DNA of 64,000 nucleotides from Eledone cirrhosa (Eukaryota): NCBI GenBank assembly GCA_964016885.1, contig OZ024740.1, positions 158,844,001 to 158,908,000 of the forward strand, read 5' to 3'. Shown piece by piece: positions 38,961 to 50,637 of this stretch (position 1 is its first letter; each line of letters starts with the position of its first letter). The notes under the pieces were generated by a model. It saw only the letters and a program-made list of their open reading frames with translations, ran no database searches and was not told where the DNA came from. The position numbers and the translations under genes were made by a program.

Positions 38961-39730
38961 TGCTTAATGCTACTTTGTTTAGTACTGAATCCCTATATCG
39001 CTTTTTTGTCTTGAAGACAATATTTAATGTGGATTATAACAATTGTATACTAATATTTAGGAAACTGTGATTCACATTCATGCATGGTGTCACATGTATC
39101 TGAATTGTTCAAAATATCAACGTAGATTATTTGGACTAGTTAATAGAATTTCATAGCAAAATGTTATCTGTTGAAGCGATGTATGAGATAGCTCAGCAAC
39201 GCATCGATAATGAGCGAGAAAATTCTGTTATAAAACCAATGATACCAAGAAGAATTCTTTAGTAACTGCATCACCAAGATTAAGGAAATCATTGACCAAT
39301 TTATTGAGAATTATCTTCCTGGGAGAATATTTCTAGGCAGAAAATCCTGCTACCCTGAACTGCTTCGTGTGAGAAAACTTAAGAATGCAGACACCACATA
39401 ATATGTATTCATCAAAAAGCAGACACAGTGAGATAACGTACAGCTTAGTCCCTTTTCTAAGATAAAATTATTGTCTTCTCTTTTGTTGCTGTTTTGCAAC
39501 TGAGTTATTGGCGAGCAGGTCTGTGTCTTCATGATTAAATTGATTAAAAAATAACTGATTCGTAATTTTATTATGACATAAACATACCGTATTACTTTAG
39601 AAATACAAAATTCAAATACATATTTGTATACAGCTATGTTAGAAGCTAAAGTCTAGTTCTATTCTATTATAAGTTGAGTCAACTTATAGAGCTTCATATG
39701 CAAATGAGATTAATCACCTCATTTACACAG

Positions 39731-39909
39731 ACGAGAACACTATATATTCTCGCCTATTTTCAAAGTCCGGTAGCTGCAAGAGCGGGAGCGATTGTCCTGA
39801 CGAGGACCAGTTCAGTTTGAAATGCATCGACGATTGTCCCCCTTGCTTCTGCTGGATACCGTTGGGTGGCGTTAGCTGCCAGTGTTTTTGCATAGCTACG
39901 GCTTTCTAA
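39731..39909 (+). CDS. Putative terminal exon encoding a small cysteine-rich peptide (defensin/toxin-like)
   Basis: Acceptor TCATTTACACAG at 39719-39730. Reads (x)ENTIYSRLFSKSGSCKSGSDCPDEDQFSLKCIDDCPPCFCWIPLGGVSCQCFCIATAF*. Nine Cys in 38 residues, and a GC-rich island in AT-rich flanks. Confidence 0.65.
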
Positions 39910-40794
39910 ATCTTTATTTATAAACATACCGTTTTTCTTTAAAAATATGAAATTCAATTGAATCTTAAATTCTTGAACTCAATAGAATCTCAAATTGTGT
40001 GAAGTTATCTAAAATTATTAGTGAATTTCTGCATTTTTCTATGATTTGGCGATGTCTGTCATCTTTATAAGTGTTCATATCATCACTATAAATAACCTAT
40101 CAGCCGGTAATATCTATATATTATATATTATGACCCCATGTAATGCTAATTTGTTAACTGCGGCATTATTAGGAACTCGTCTAGAAAGATAACTAAGTTA
40201 TTACTTTATTTATTAAATTGCTGTGTAATAAATTGTATTGAAAACCACGTTTTTCGTATCATATCTAGGAGTGGAGGATCAGTAGAGATGGTGAATTTGT
40301 AAAAGAGGGAAATTCGTGGTATTCCATTGAATAAATTATTTTTAAGCTGAAGAATTCTTTATCATTAACTATTCAGTTTTTGCTCTATTTATTTTCCTAA
40401 TGTTGATTTTAAGGATATTAAAATTTAATATAATGCTCTTATTAATGTAAGGTAATGCATTGTATTGTATAGAATCTATATTTTCCCTATCATATGTGTG
40501 TAATGGTGGTGGTGGAGGCGGAATTGGAATGGTACTCTGATAAAGGGAGAGATCTCAGAAAAAAAGAAACACTGGCTTAGATTGAATATTATATAAAAGT
40601 AAAAATAAGATAGAATTTAAAATTGTTTAATAATCTTCATTGATAAAGCATGAATCTGTAGTGAATGTGTATGAGAGACACATTTAAATGTGAGGAAATA
40701 AGAAAGCTAAAAAACAGGAAGATAAACAAATTATTTAATTACACTACATAAGGTCAACTTAACATTATTATGAAGGAAAGGTAATACACACAAT

Positions 40795-41430
40795 AACTTG
40801 CGCATCGGCGTTTCCCTGAGGCTCGGCCTCCGGATCTGCCAGCCACACCAATGTCGCTGCGGTTCCACCTTGGACTCTTTCGGCCTCCACCCGCTTTCCT
40901 GTCGCCACAGTTCCGGCCACATTCCATGCCATGTTGCCCTCAACGGGGTCATTAAGCATGGCTTGGACGCTTCAGGTTTCCCTTCCCACCTCGAGCCGGT
41001 GGGGCTGGATCGAGGGGACGGCAAAGGGCCAGATGGCATGACCATCTTCCCGTTCCGCGGTGGAAAACCCCTCGTCTGGGATGCCACTTGCACCGACACT
41101 TTCTGCAGCCACAACCTGGTGCAGTTTGCGACTGACCAAGGTTCTGCTGCACGTTGGGCTGAGGGGGCCAAACTCCTCAAATACCGGTCGCTCTCCGACA
41201 GGTTTGCGGTCGTACCCCTGGCAGTGGAGACTTCTGGTGTCCTCGGCCTCAGGGCTACCTCCTTACTCACCACCATAGGGGCTGAGCTGGCCAGCTGCAG
41301 GTGTGAGCCCCGCGAGTTGGAGTGGCTTTTCCAGCGCGTCTCCCTTGCCGTCCTCCGAGGAAACGCCTTCTCCATTCTATCCTCCGGGGCTGTGGGTGGG
41401 CCCCATCGCATACCGTTGTAGTTGTTGTAG
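40795..41430 (+). mobile_element. CRE-clade non-LTR retrotransposon 3' fragment (zinc knuckle and restriction-like endonuclease)
   Basis: CRCG...H..SC, EP...PDG, WDAT, E..K..KY, PLAVETSG, QRVSLAVLRGNA. Strongly GC-rich. Confidence 0.85.
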
Positions 41431-41696
41431 AAGAAACAGGAAGACAACATATCTACAGGTGCTGTTGCCATCTTCTCTATAGCTGTATTTACTGTTGTAA
41501 TAGCTGTTGGTATAGCTCTACTTACTGTTGTAATGTATATTGATGCTATTGCTATCTTTTACATACATATATATCAACACTTACGTGGACCTCTCAAAAT
41601 TCGTTGGATTTTCTAATTGGATTTTCACCCCGAAACTGGATATCAACCCTGAGTACACCTGAACTTCCACCAGGAATTCCTACTAAAATATTAAAA

Positions 41697-42110
41697 TAGT
41701 GGTTTCTGATTTAGGCAAGTGGCCAACAATTTTTTGGGGAGAGGCAAGTCGATTAAATCTACCACAGTGCATTACTGGTACTTTATTTTATCACCCTCTC
41801 CTAAGAATGAAAGGCGAAGCTAATCTCGGTGGCATTTGAACTCAGAACGTAAAGCGCTGTAACTCTATGCCGTGAAGCAAGGTGTCCGATGCTCTACCGA
41901 TACTGCCAATCCACCGGCCTTTTAAAATAATTGTTTTTACTTTTGGCACAAGGCCAGAAATTACCCAGTGCATTACTGGTACTTTATTTTATCGACGCCG
42001 TAAGGATGAAAGGCAAAGTTAACCTCGGCGGGATTTGAACTCAGAATGGCAAGGGCCGTAACTCTATGCGTCAAAGTATGGTGTCTGACCCTCTACTGAT
42101 ACTGCCAATG
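41697..42110 (-). mobile_element. Two tandem SINE family 1 copies
   Basis: Two reverse-complement cores. Confidence 0.85.
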
Positions 42111-42459
42111 TAATGTAGTGTGTGCATTTGTTTTGTGTGAGTACTAATGAAAGTTAGGATAAATGCTGAATACTTTGTGAATACACAATGCCCTAGTTTT
42201 TAAAGAACACACAAACACGCCGCGACCTAAAGAGAAATTGTTAGGTTGAATATCTAACGATTCAAATAGATTGAGGAAGAATTCTCACCTGTATTATTTT
42301 AACATGCAGGCACGTGACTGAAAAAGTTCGACAATATTCTCTAAATGAAAAGGGGGTTGGATATTTTGATGAGCACGTTGACAGATAATATATCCAACAA
42401 AGGCTTAGATCAGTGCTGTAAATACATCATTCATAGAAAAGGGGATGTACAATGGACAA

Positions 42460-43300
42460 GGTAAGTTAACTTCCTTCATCATCATAACGACCCCAGTCGA
42501 ACATTCCTGACAAAAACCTCTGCGCCTGGCAACAACTCCTTATTAAGGTTTGTATCGCCTGAGAGTTGATCGATGAATGTTCAAGCAGGTCTTCCTCTAC
42601 TGCGTCTCCCGTGAGTTGGTTCCCACAATAGTAACTTGTGTATAACAACCTGCTTGCTATCTTTGAGCAATTGTAGTTTCCATATAAACTTTCATTTGTA
42701 ATACATTGTCACCAGTTTATGTTTTGTACAACCATGAGTATTTTAGTTTATGCACCATCTACTTTCTTCTCAAGTGCTTGTGCCGGCATCCTCTGTACAT
42801 CTTATGCCATAGACCAAGTTTCCAGTTCTACAATCCATCTGTGGACTTACTCGACATACTACACATTTCTTATTTGTCCAATGGATTTTCCAAAAGGAAC
42901 AAGTTTTACTCATCAGGAATTCCATGGCAGTTCCTGGTATTTCTACTACATTGATATTTAAATAGGTTTTTCTTATGGCCTTTCTAAATCGACTAGCTAC
43001 CTTACCTCCTGGGGTTGCATCTACGAACAAGGCACTCCGGTATTTCTGGCTGTCGCACAATGAGTTGGCTCTCCCTATCTCTCATCCTGTCCCATCTACG
43101 CTACCCCATGATTTGCTCCCACACAGCGGGCAAACCCCCTTCATGTCCATCTCTATGAGGGTCTTGTATTTTGCCATAGCCTCTTTGTACATCCTGATCC
43201 TCTCTCCCCGACCGTATCCAGAGAACTGCATGCGATGGATGAAGTGCAGTACGTGTCCTAGTTCAGTTGGATAGCAGATGCGGGACACAACCCTCATCAC
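42460..43300 (-). mobile_element. Decayed Penelope-like element (RT thumb, Cys linker and GIY-YIG remnant; Neptune-like)
   Basis: MQFSGY...R, ALFVDATPGGKVA, VVEIPG and CVVC...CRTGNLVYGIRC across frameshifted ORFs 43082-43360 and 42770-43060. Confidence 0.75.
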
Positions 43301-43752
43301 TCCCACCAAGTCCACGATCAGGACATTAAACCTAGCACTAAAATAAAAATATAACCCCATAAACTAAAGATAAACTAGCAGGGTTGAGATATAGAAAGTA
43401 AATTTAAAAATACAGTAATCTATTGTACAACATCGATACCCACAAGCGATAAAAACGTATAAATAAAAGGAATAAAGATAAAACTAAAATTTCAGCAAAT
43501 CGGTCCTTTTATAACAATAAGTAACGTATTGGTGGGTGAGCAGGAATGGGTACTTGTGGGATGTATGTGCAGCATTGATGGTAATACTCTCGGAATGTTT
43601 ACATAGACACGCAAACAATCGGAGTAGGAAGTAGGAAGTGGGCAACTGATAAGCTAATATATTAATAAACTAATGACATGTATTGAATGAAACAGAGTTA
43701 TGGATGAATAATTGTTAAAAAATATAGTACATTCATTTGATTGGGGTGTAGA

Positions 43753-44056
43753 CAATGTTGGATTTAGACCTTGGAGTCTGGGGCACTTCAGGTTTGGGTG
43801 GCCCCTCATACACAATAAATTAAATACACAGCACCCCCTTCCATTTTACATATCAAAGTTAGCTTGGTGTAAGTACTTGGAATTGAAAAAAGTTATACAT
43901 ACAGGTATTAAAGTAAAAAATTCTAACCATCCTAAAATTAAAAATCCCAGCAGAGGACACAAATGAATTGTTACAGCTGTCGCAGGTGCCCCCCCCCCAT
44001 TGCAGGGGACCCGGGACAACTGCCCCCTTTGCCCACCCCCATTAAATCTGGCCTTG
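43753..44056. mobile_element. hAT (Tip100-like) MITE, old
   Basis: Imperfect TIRs CAATGTTGGATTTA / TAAATCTGGCCTTG and an 8-bp TSD GGTGTAGA/GGTGTAAG. Confidence 0.65.
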
Positions 44057-44329
44057 GGTGTAAGTTGATAGTAAAGGCAAATACAAATATGGGTAAAAAT
44101 AAGAGAAAAGAATACAAATACATTGAAGTTAGAGGATCCTACTTTGTGGGAGACTAGAGTTTTGTGTTAATCTGAGTTAAGTAAATGTCTCTCTGATAAA
44201 CATTTCAAAACCTCTTGAGAGTACATTTTAAGAAAATTAATAGCTATGCAGATGTATGTGAAAACAATAGAATAAAATCAGGAGTAGCGGCTCATTAAAA
44301 ACAGATATACTTGAACATTTCCTGTCCCA

Positions 44330-45340
44330 TGCTGTCGTCCCAATCTTCAAAAAGGGGAACTAGTACCTTGCAATCTCACTCACCTCTCATATAATCAAGG
44401 TAATTGGGAGGGTGGTGAAATCACGAATAACCCACTTCCTTGAAAGGAACAAACTGTTGACCAGCATGGGTTCAGTGATGGCAGGGACTGTCTGGCGCAG
44501 CTTCTGCACCACTTTGATGACATCCTAAAAGCTTTGGGAGATGGCACCAACCAGTGTTATTTACTTTGATTTCAATAAGGCTTTTGACAGAGTGGATAGC
44601 AACATACTTTTGAAGAAACTATCCGACACTGGAATCTGTGGAAAGCTACTACTGTGGATTAAATGTTTCCTGACAAAAAATCCCAGCATGTTGTGGTCAA
44701 AGAAATGCGATCAAGTTCAGCAAAAGTCAGTAATGGAGTCCCACAAAGCACAGTTTTCATTATCTACATAAATGACATTATAGACGCCATCAAGCACAGC
44801 AAGATAAGAATTTTCGCAGATGATTCCAAGCTCCAGAAGGTCATCAATCTAGTGGGAGACTGGACATGCATTTAATTGGATCTGCTCGCTGTTATTCTAT
44901 AGGCAACACACAATAATATGCTATTAAATGAGGATAAATTTAATTTAATCCACTTTGGAAAAGAGGATGCATTGAAGTTACCATATTATCTCCCCTCAGT
45001 GGCAGCAAGCAACACCAGAGACCTTGCAGTAATGGTTGACAACAATGTAAGCTGGAGTATTCACATAAACACCAAAGTTGACTTGTTACTGGATTCTCAG
45101 AACTTTCCGGTCGAGAGAAATTCCCACTTTCCTCCTGCTCTACCCTACCTTTGCCTGACCCTACCTTTGCCTGACCCTACCTTGAATACTGTTTTCACTG
45201 TGGTCTCCTCCTCGCACGAAACAAAGTATTATGAAAATTGAAGTACTCCAGAAGTCAATTACAAAAAAGATAGATAGTATGTCAGGCCTTGACTACTGGG
45301 GTCGACTAGAAAAAATCAAACTCTACTCTCACCAATGTCG
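44330..45340 (+). mobile_element. Decayed CR1-clade LINE RT region
   Basis: QHGF..GR.CL.QLL, YFDFNKAFDRVD, GVPQ, IFADDSKL and LDYWGRLEKIKLYS across frameshifts. Confidence 0.85.
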
Positions 45341-46649
45341 CCGTGACACAACATCATCTGCATATTGGGGAAAAGGAAATGAAAACAAAAAGAGAAAAAA
45401 AAAGAGAAACGGGTGGAAACAAAAAACTCCGTGAGGGATAAAAAGGGATAAAAAAAAATAAAAAAAGGAGGGAAGTGGCAAGAGATGTGACTGGTGTTTA
45501 TAATAGCATTCACAATGTGAATGTCCGTTGCTTAGAGGTTAGAATGTTAGACTCACAATTGTGCGTTGTGAGTTCGATTCCCCAACCAGGTTGGTGCTGT
45601 GTCCTTGAGCAAGTCACTTTATTTACAATATTGTTTTAAGTTGTTACGTCATTGGTCCCAAGGTCTACCTATCGGCTTTTTTTCTTTGACAACATCGCTG
45701 GCATGTACCGACGAATGATGGTCTTCCATAAAAACACCTTATTTTGTCTTGTGTCTCGAAGAGGAATTGTACGTGGAAACAATGGTCAGCCATGTCCGAA
45801 GAGAGTCACCTTCACAATGTGAAATAAAGGTTTAGGATGGAAACTCATCGGATTGTTCCTACATGTAATTCAAAGAATCATTCCTGTCATTTATTATGCC
45901 CTGCTGATCTTCTTTCGAGAATTCCGTTAGGTGAATACTTGTCCGTGAATTATTCTGCTATTTACACGCTTTAATGAGTAGACCGCCCTGGAAGACTCAG
46001 CGTCGAAACTGACGGATATTTGTTTACATAAATATTTCATTAATGGAAACATTAAGTTAGGTAGACGCTAAATAAGATTGCTACTATAGTGTAGGAGGTA
46101 ACATTATTCTGTACTTGAGTGCTTTATCATGACTGTAATTAGAAACCGGTAGTTCTTGGTGATAATATTTGTATCAATCTATCAAAATATGTTTCGAAAT
46201 ATTCCACTATTAACTTAACAAGCAATACATGATAATTTGCCTGTCAGCAGTTGGTAACTATCTGGTTTCGTTATATAACTGTAATGGACGCAGTCTAGCT
46301 GTCATATCTGGGAATTAACAGGAAATTTTCATATGAAAGAGAATGTCATGAGATGACTGCCGATTTTCCTGTCATGCGTGATTAAATTTCACATGCATCA
46401 TTATAAATAATTGTTTCTACTTTAGGCACTAAATAATGGTTTTCTAATATGTACATGCACAGTACGAACGAATACCTATGAATATTTAAAAAATTTGAGA
46501 TTGATAGGTATGGAGCTCATAGAAAGGATTAATCTGGTTTCAATGGCAAGGCGTGTCATCAACGATTGCGAACATCGGTTGGAAGTTGAATTGTTTTTCT
46601 GGTGCGTATACCCCACAAATAGGTGAGTTGAATAATGTCTAAAATTTGT

Positions 46650-46890
46650 CACAAACCCGGAGGCTCTTCAGGCCGGTGCTTACCCTGGTTTTCGTGGCGC
46701 AAAGCGACTGAGATTACAAGACTTCCCCTGGAGAGGACGCCAGATAATGCTTGGACTCATTTTCAGCTGAGTATACTGGAGCAACGTGAAATGAAGTGTT
46801 TTGCCCAAGAACAAGATACCATCCATTCCAGGAATCGAATCTACGACATTATGGTGGTAATGCTAGCACCCTCACCACAACGTCATGTGC
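46650..46890 (-). mobile_element. SINE family 2-related copy
   Basis: CTGGAGCAACGTGAAATGAAGTGTTTTGCCCAAG...GGAATCGAATC. Related copies lie near 10100-10260, 28958-29255, 45525-45620 and 58195-58388. Confidence 0.7.
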
Positions 46891-48009
46891 TGAATAATGG
46901 AGAATATCTTATTCAAAGAGTGATGAAAACCAGAATATATAAAGGTTCAGTCGGTACATCGTTCAGGGACACGGAGAGCCAAGAAGAGGATTGTGAATAT
47001 CTGGTACCTCTGATTTTGAAAAAAACCCTACTAGGCTGGTTGAATTTTAAGAGAAACTCTTCCTTCGTGGGGCATTGAAAGCAGTTTGGGTCTGCGCCGC
47101 AAAATTTGTCTGAGAGTCTCTGTTGAGATCGATGTTTGAACTTCTTTATGTTGATGCCAGCAAGACAAAATTCGGTGGTGGTTTAATTTCAGAGAATTGT
47201 AGTCAGAGAGGGGAATGGTTGGGGCAAATGTTTCGTGCGGGATTTCTAACATGAATCATAGGGGATGACATGTGGATGCGTAAGCAAAACGTTTGTAGAA
47301 CTGATATTCAAAGTATTTGTTCAGAATAGTACAGAAAATGTTGCAGCTTTTTCTTTTTGTTTTGCTTAGAATGCAGTAAGGAACAGTGTCCTTGGCTTTC
47401 ACAGACCTTCTGAGACTGATGAGATTAATGCTGTTTACATTGATGACTACTGGAAGGACTTAATCAAGGAGGGGATTCCAGAGAATAGACGACGTTCTGG
47501 GGAGGCATGACTAGGAGAAGGGGTTTGTGTGGAGCTTGGTGGTTAGCCGCAACATGGGTGACGAAAGGTGAGATGTGAGTCAAGAGTTTCCGAGGAGAGA
47601 TAGCGTGGAATCATCCAACTTTGGGTAGCAGAGGCTATTGTAGCAGCAGCTAACTCTTTTGATATATTTTGTTTTTAGAGATAGTGTTCTTTTTTAATTT
47701 CTTGTTTCACCCGCTAATTTTTCATATCATCTTTGTTGTATGGTTATGGAGTATTGCTGTTAGTTATTGCCGGTGGGATCGGATCCCTGATCAATTCTTG
47801 GAACCAAGGATAAGATAATGGAGTCCTGGGAACACCAGTCTTCCTTAGCTTCTCTAGCTCTTCTAGAGAGAAAGCTCTTAAATAACCTTTATACGTGTAG
47901 CAGGCGAACTTCTGCTCTGAACCACTAGTCGCATTGTCTTTCTTTCAAAACCCAGTACCAGGCACAAACCGGACCATGAAGACTTGTATGTTCACCCAAT
48001 CCGAACATA

Positions 48010-48086
48010 CAGGGTGTTCCCAAAACTGTATACACATATTTATTAGAATGCTGTTGAAGTGTGTATACATTTTTTGGAACACCCTG
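48010..48086. mobile_element. 77-bp Tc1/mariner-type MITE
   Basis: TA-CAGGGTGTTCCCAAAACTGTATACACA ... TGTGTATACATTTTTTGGAACACCCTG-TA. Confidence 0.85.
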
Positions 48087-49047
48087 TATATCACTAAAGA
48101 TCACCTCAGAAGGGATCTCTTGTCTATATTGTGCTACGAAAGTAACTATGAGCAAGTGTTTGGGTGCATCACCGTTGTCTTTTATGGCGACTGTTGTATT
48201 TCCTTTTCCTAAACAGTGTGGGATTAGTGTAATACACTAACTCAGGTTGTCTCTTCGCTCCGTTTTCACTTTTTATGAGAAAAACAGTATATATAATGAC
48301 TTCTCGCCAAATGTAGATCTCACTCAAAGTATCGGTGAGGGCTGCCTCCAAATGACTTTTTGTGGAGGAGGGGGGTGGGGGTTCACAAAGAAAACGTCTA
48401 TAGCTTTGGAAATACAAATGTAGGTTATCGTTCTTTTTCGCACCAGAACGACAGTATCGGGTTGAGTCACATTAGTTTTTGTGACATAGTTTTGCAATAC
48501 TATCTTTTATCTCCTACACATTCAAATTTCATCTCTTGCAAATGGCATTTGAAAAGGACGAGGTTCGCTTTTCACTAAAATTGCTAGCATAAAAACATGG
48601 AATTGCAGTCGTTTGGCAAAACCTAAGTATACATGTAAACGTTGGTGTTGCTACTGCTGTAGTCCTTATTGCTAAAAGTAACTCTCAAATCATTCTCATT
48701 AGAATCAATGTCCACAGAAATATAACTATTATTGTGTCTCCATTTTCCTTTGATTTCAGAGTGTTTGTCCAAGCCTTTCTTTGAAGGGGACGTAGCCTTT
48801 ATTGCTCATAGACATTTTGTGTTGAATGAACTAAACATTCAAAATGCATATTTTTTCATACAATTTCGGTGAAAGACCAAATCCAAACTCCCTATCTTTC
48901 TTTTGAATGGTTCTACATGATACGACATAGAAAAACAAGACAACATTTTAAAACACAAGTCAGCAAATGTCCTCCAAAGATGGGAGCAAAGCGTAACGCA
49001 TCTTGTTAGGACAGGAAACAACAAAAACAACATTAATAATGATAATA

Positions 49048-50165
49048 ATAGTTTCTAATTTAGGCACAAGGCCAACAATTTGGGGGACTGGGAGTGGAAA
49101 GTCGATTAAATTGACCCCAGTACGTTACTGGTATTTTATTTTCTCGACCTTGAAAGGATGAAAAGCAAAGCTAGATAAACACAGCTGGATTTTAAAATCA
49201 GAACGCAAAGGGCCGTAACTTTATGCCACAAAGCATGGCGTTCGGCCCTCTACCGATACTGCCAATCCACCGCTCTAACCACACCAGTAATAATGATAAT
49301 AATAGTTTCTGATTTAGGCACAAGACCAACAATTTTGGAGAGGGGGAACTCGACTACACCGTCTTTAGTTCATAACAGTTACTTTCTGGAGTGATGAAAG
49401 GTAAAGTTGACCTCCAGTAAATTAGAACTAAGAACGTAAGAAGTCGAACAAAATACCAGAAAGCATTTTGTCCGGCGCTCTAACGATTCTGACAATAGAG
49501 CAACCATCCTATTAACAACAACAATAACAATAGTAATAATTGTTTCTACTTTTGGCATCAGGCCAGCAATTATTCCAGTGCATTACTGGTACTTTATTTT
49601 ATCGACCCCGTAAGGATGAAATGCAAAGTTAACCTCGGCGGGATTTGAACTCAGATAATAAAGGGAGGTAACTCTATGCGTCAAAGGATGGCGCCCGACC
49701 CTCCTCCGATACTGCCAATCCACCGCCCTAATAACAATAATAATAATGATTTCTACTTTAGGCACAAAGCCAGCAATTTGAAGGGGATGGGAAAGTCGAT
49801 TAAATCGGCCCCAGAGCATTACTGGTACTTTATTTTATCGACCCTGTAAGGATGAAAGGCAAAGCTAACCTTGGCTGGATTAGAACTCAGAACATAAAGA
49901 GTCGTAACTCTATACCGCGAAGTATACCGCGAAGCATGCTGTCCGACGATCAACCGATACTGCCAATCTCTGATTTAGGCACAATTTGTGGGGAAAGGAA
50001 AGTCGATTAACTCGACTCCAGGGAATTACTGTTACTTTATTTATTGACCCCCACCCTACCTCATTCTGGAGCGATGAAAGGCAAAGATAACCTTGGCTGG
50101 ATTTGAACGCAACTTTATACTGCGAAGCATGTTGTCTGACGTTCTATCGATTCTACCAATCCAGC
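49048..50165 (-). mobile_element. Cluster of about five head-to-tail SINE family 1 copies separated by (AAT)n
   Basis: Repeated reverse-complement cores near 49120, 49380, 49590, 49825 and 50030. Confidence 0.85.
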
Positions 50166-50444
50166 AACCATCCTATTAACAACAATAACAATAGTAATAA
50201 TAAAAATAATAACCATTAATATTGTTGTTGTTATAACATGAAAAAAAAGAGTATTCATATTTCAGTGGTTATTTAATTTAGATATGGAAATGAAAGAAAA
50301 AATTTAATTTAATTTAATTTTTCCCTTGAAACCTTAACTTCACTTAGCATAATTAACTTTTGAAAATAGGATTTAAATTAATTTCTTATCAGAAATCAAC
50401 GGAGCTTTCTAAGGTAGTTCTCTGGCGTGTATGTGTGTGTGTGA

Positions 50445-50487
<43 letters not shown>

Positions 50488-50492
50488 TGTGT

Positions 50493-50526
<34 letters not shown>

Positions 50527-50588
50527 TAGTCTCCGCGCTGTTTGTATGTATATATATATATATATATATGTATATAGACACATACACA

Positions 50589-50637
<49 letters not shown>

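Noticed and set aside
39760-39957. Minus-strand 65-aa ORF in the track
   Set aside because: It has no recognisable features and is better explained as the antisense shadow of the plus-strand Cys-rich exon.
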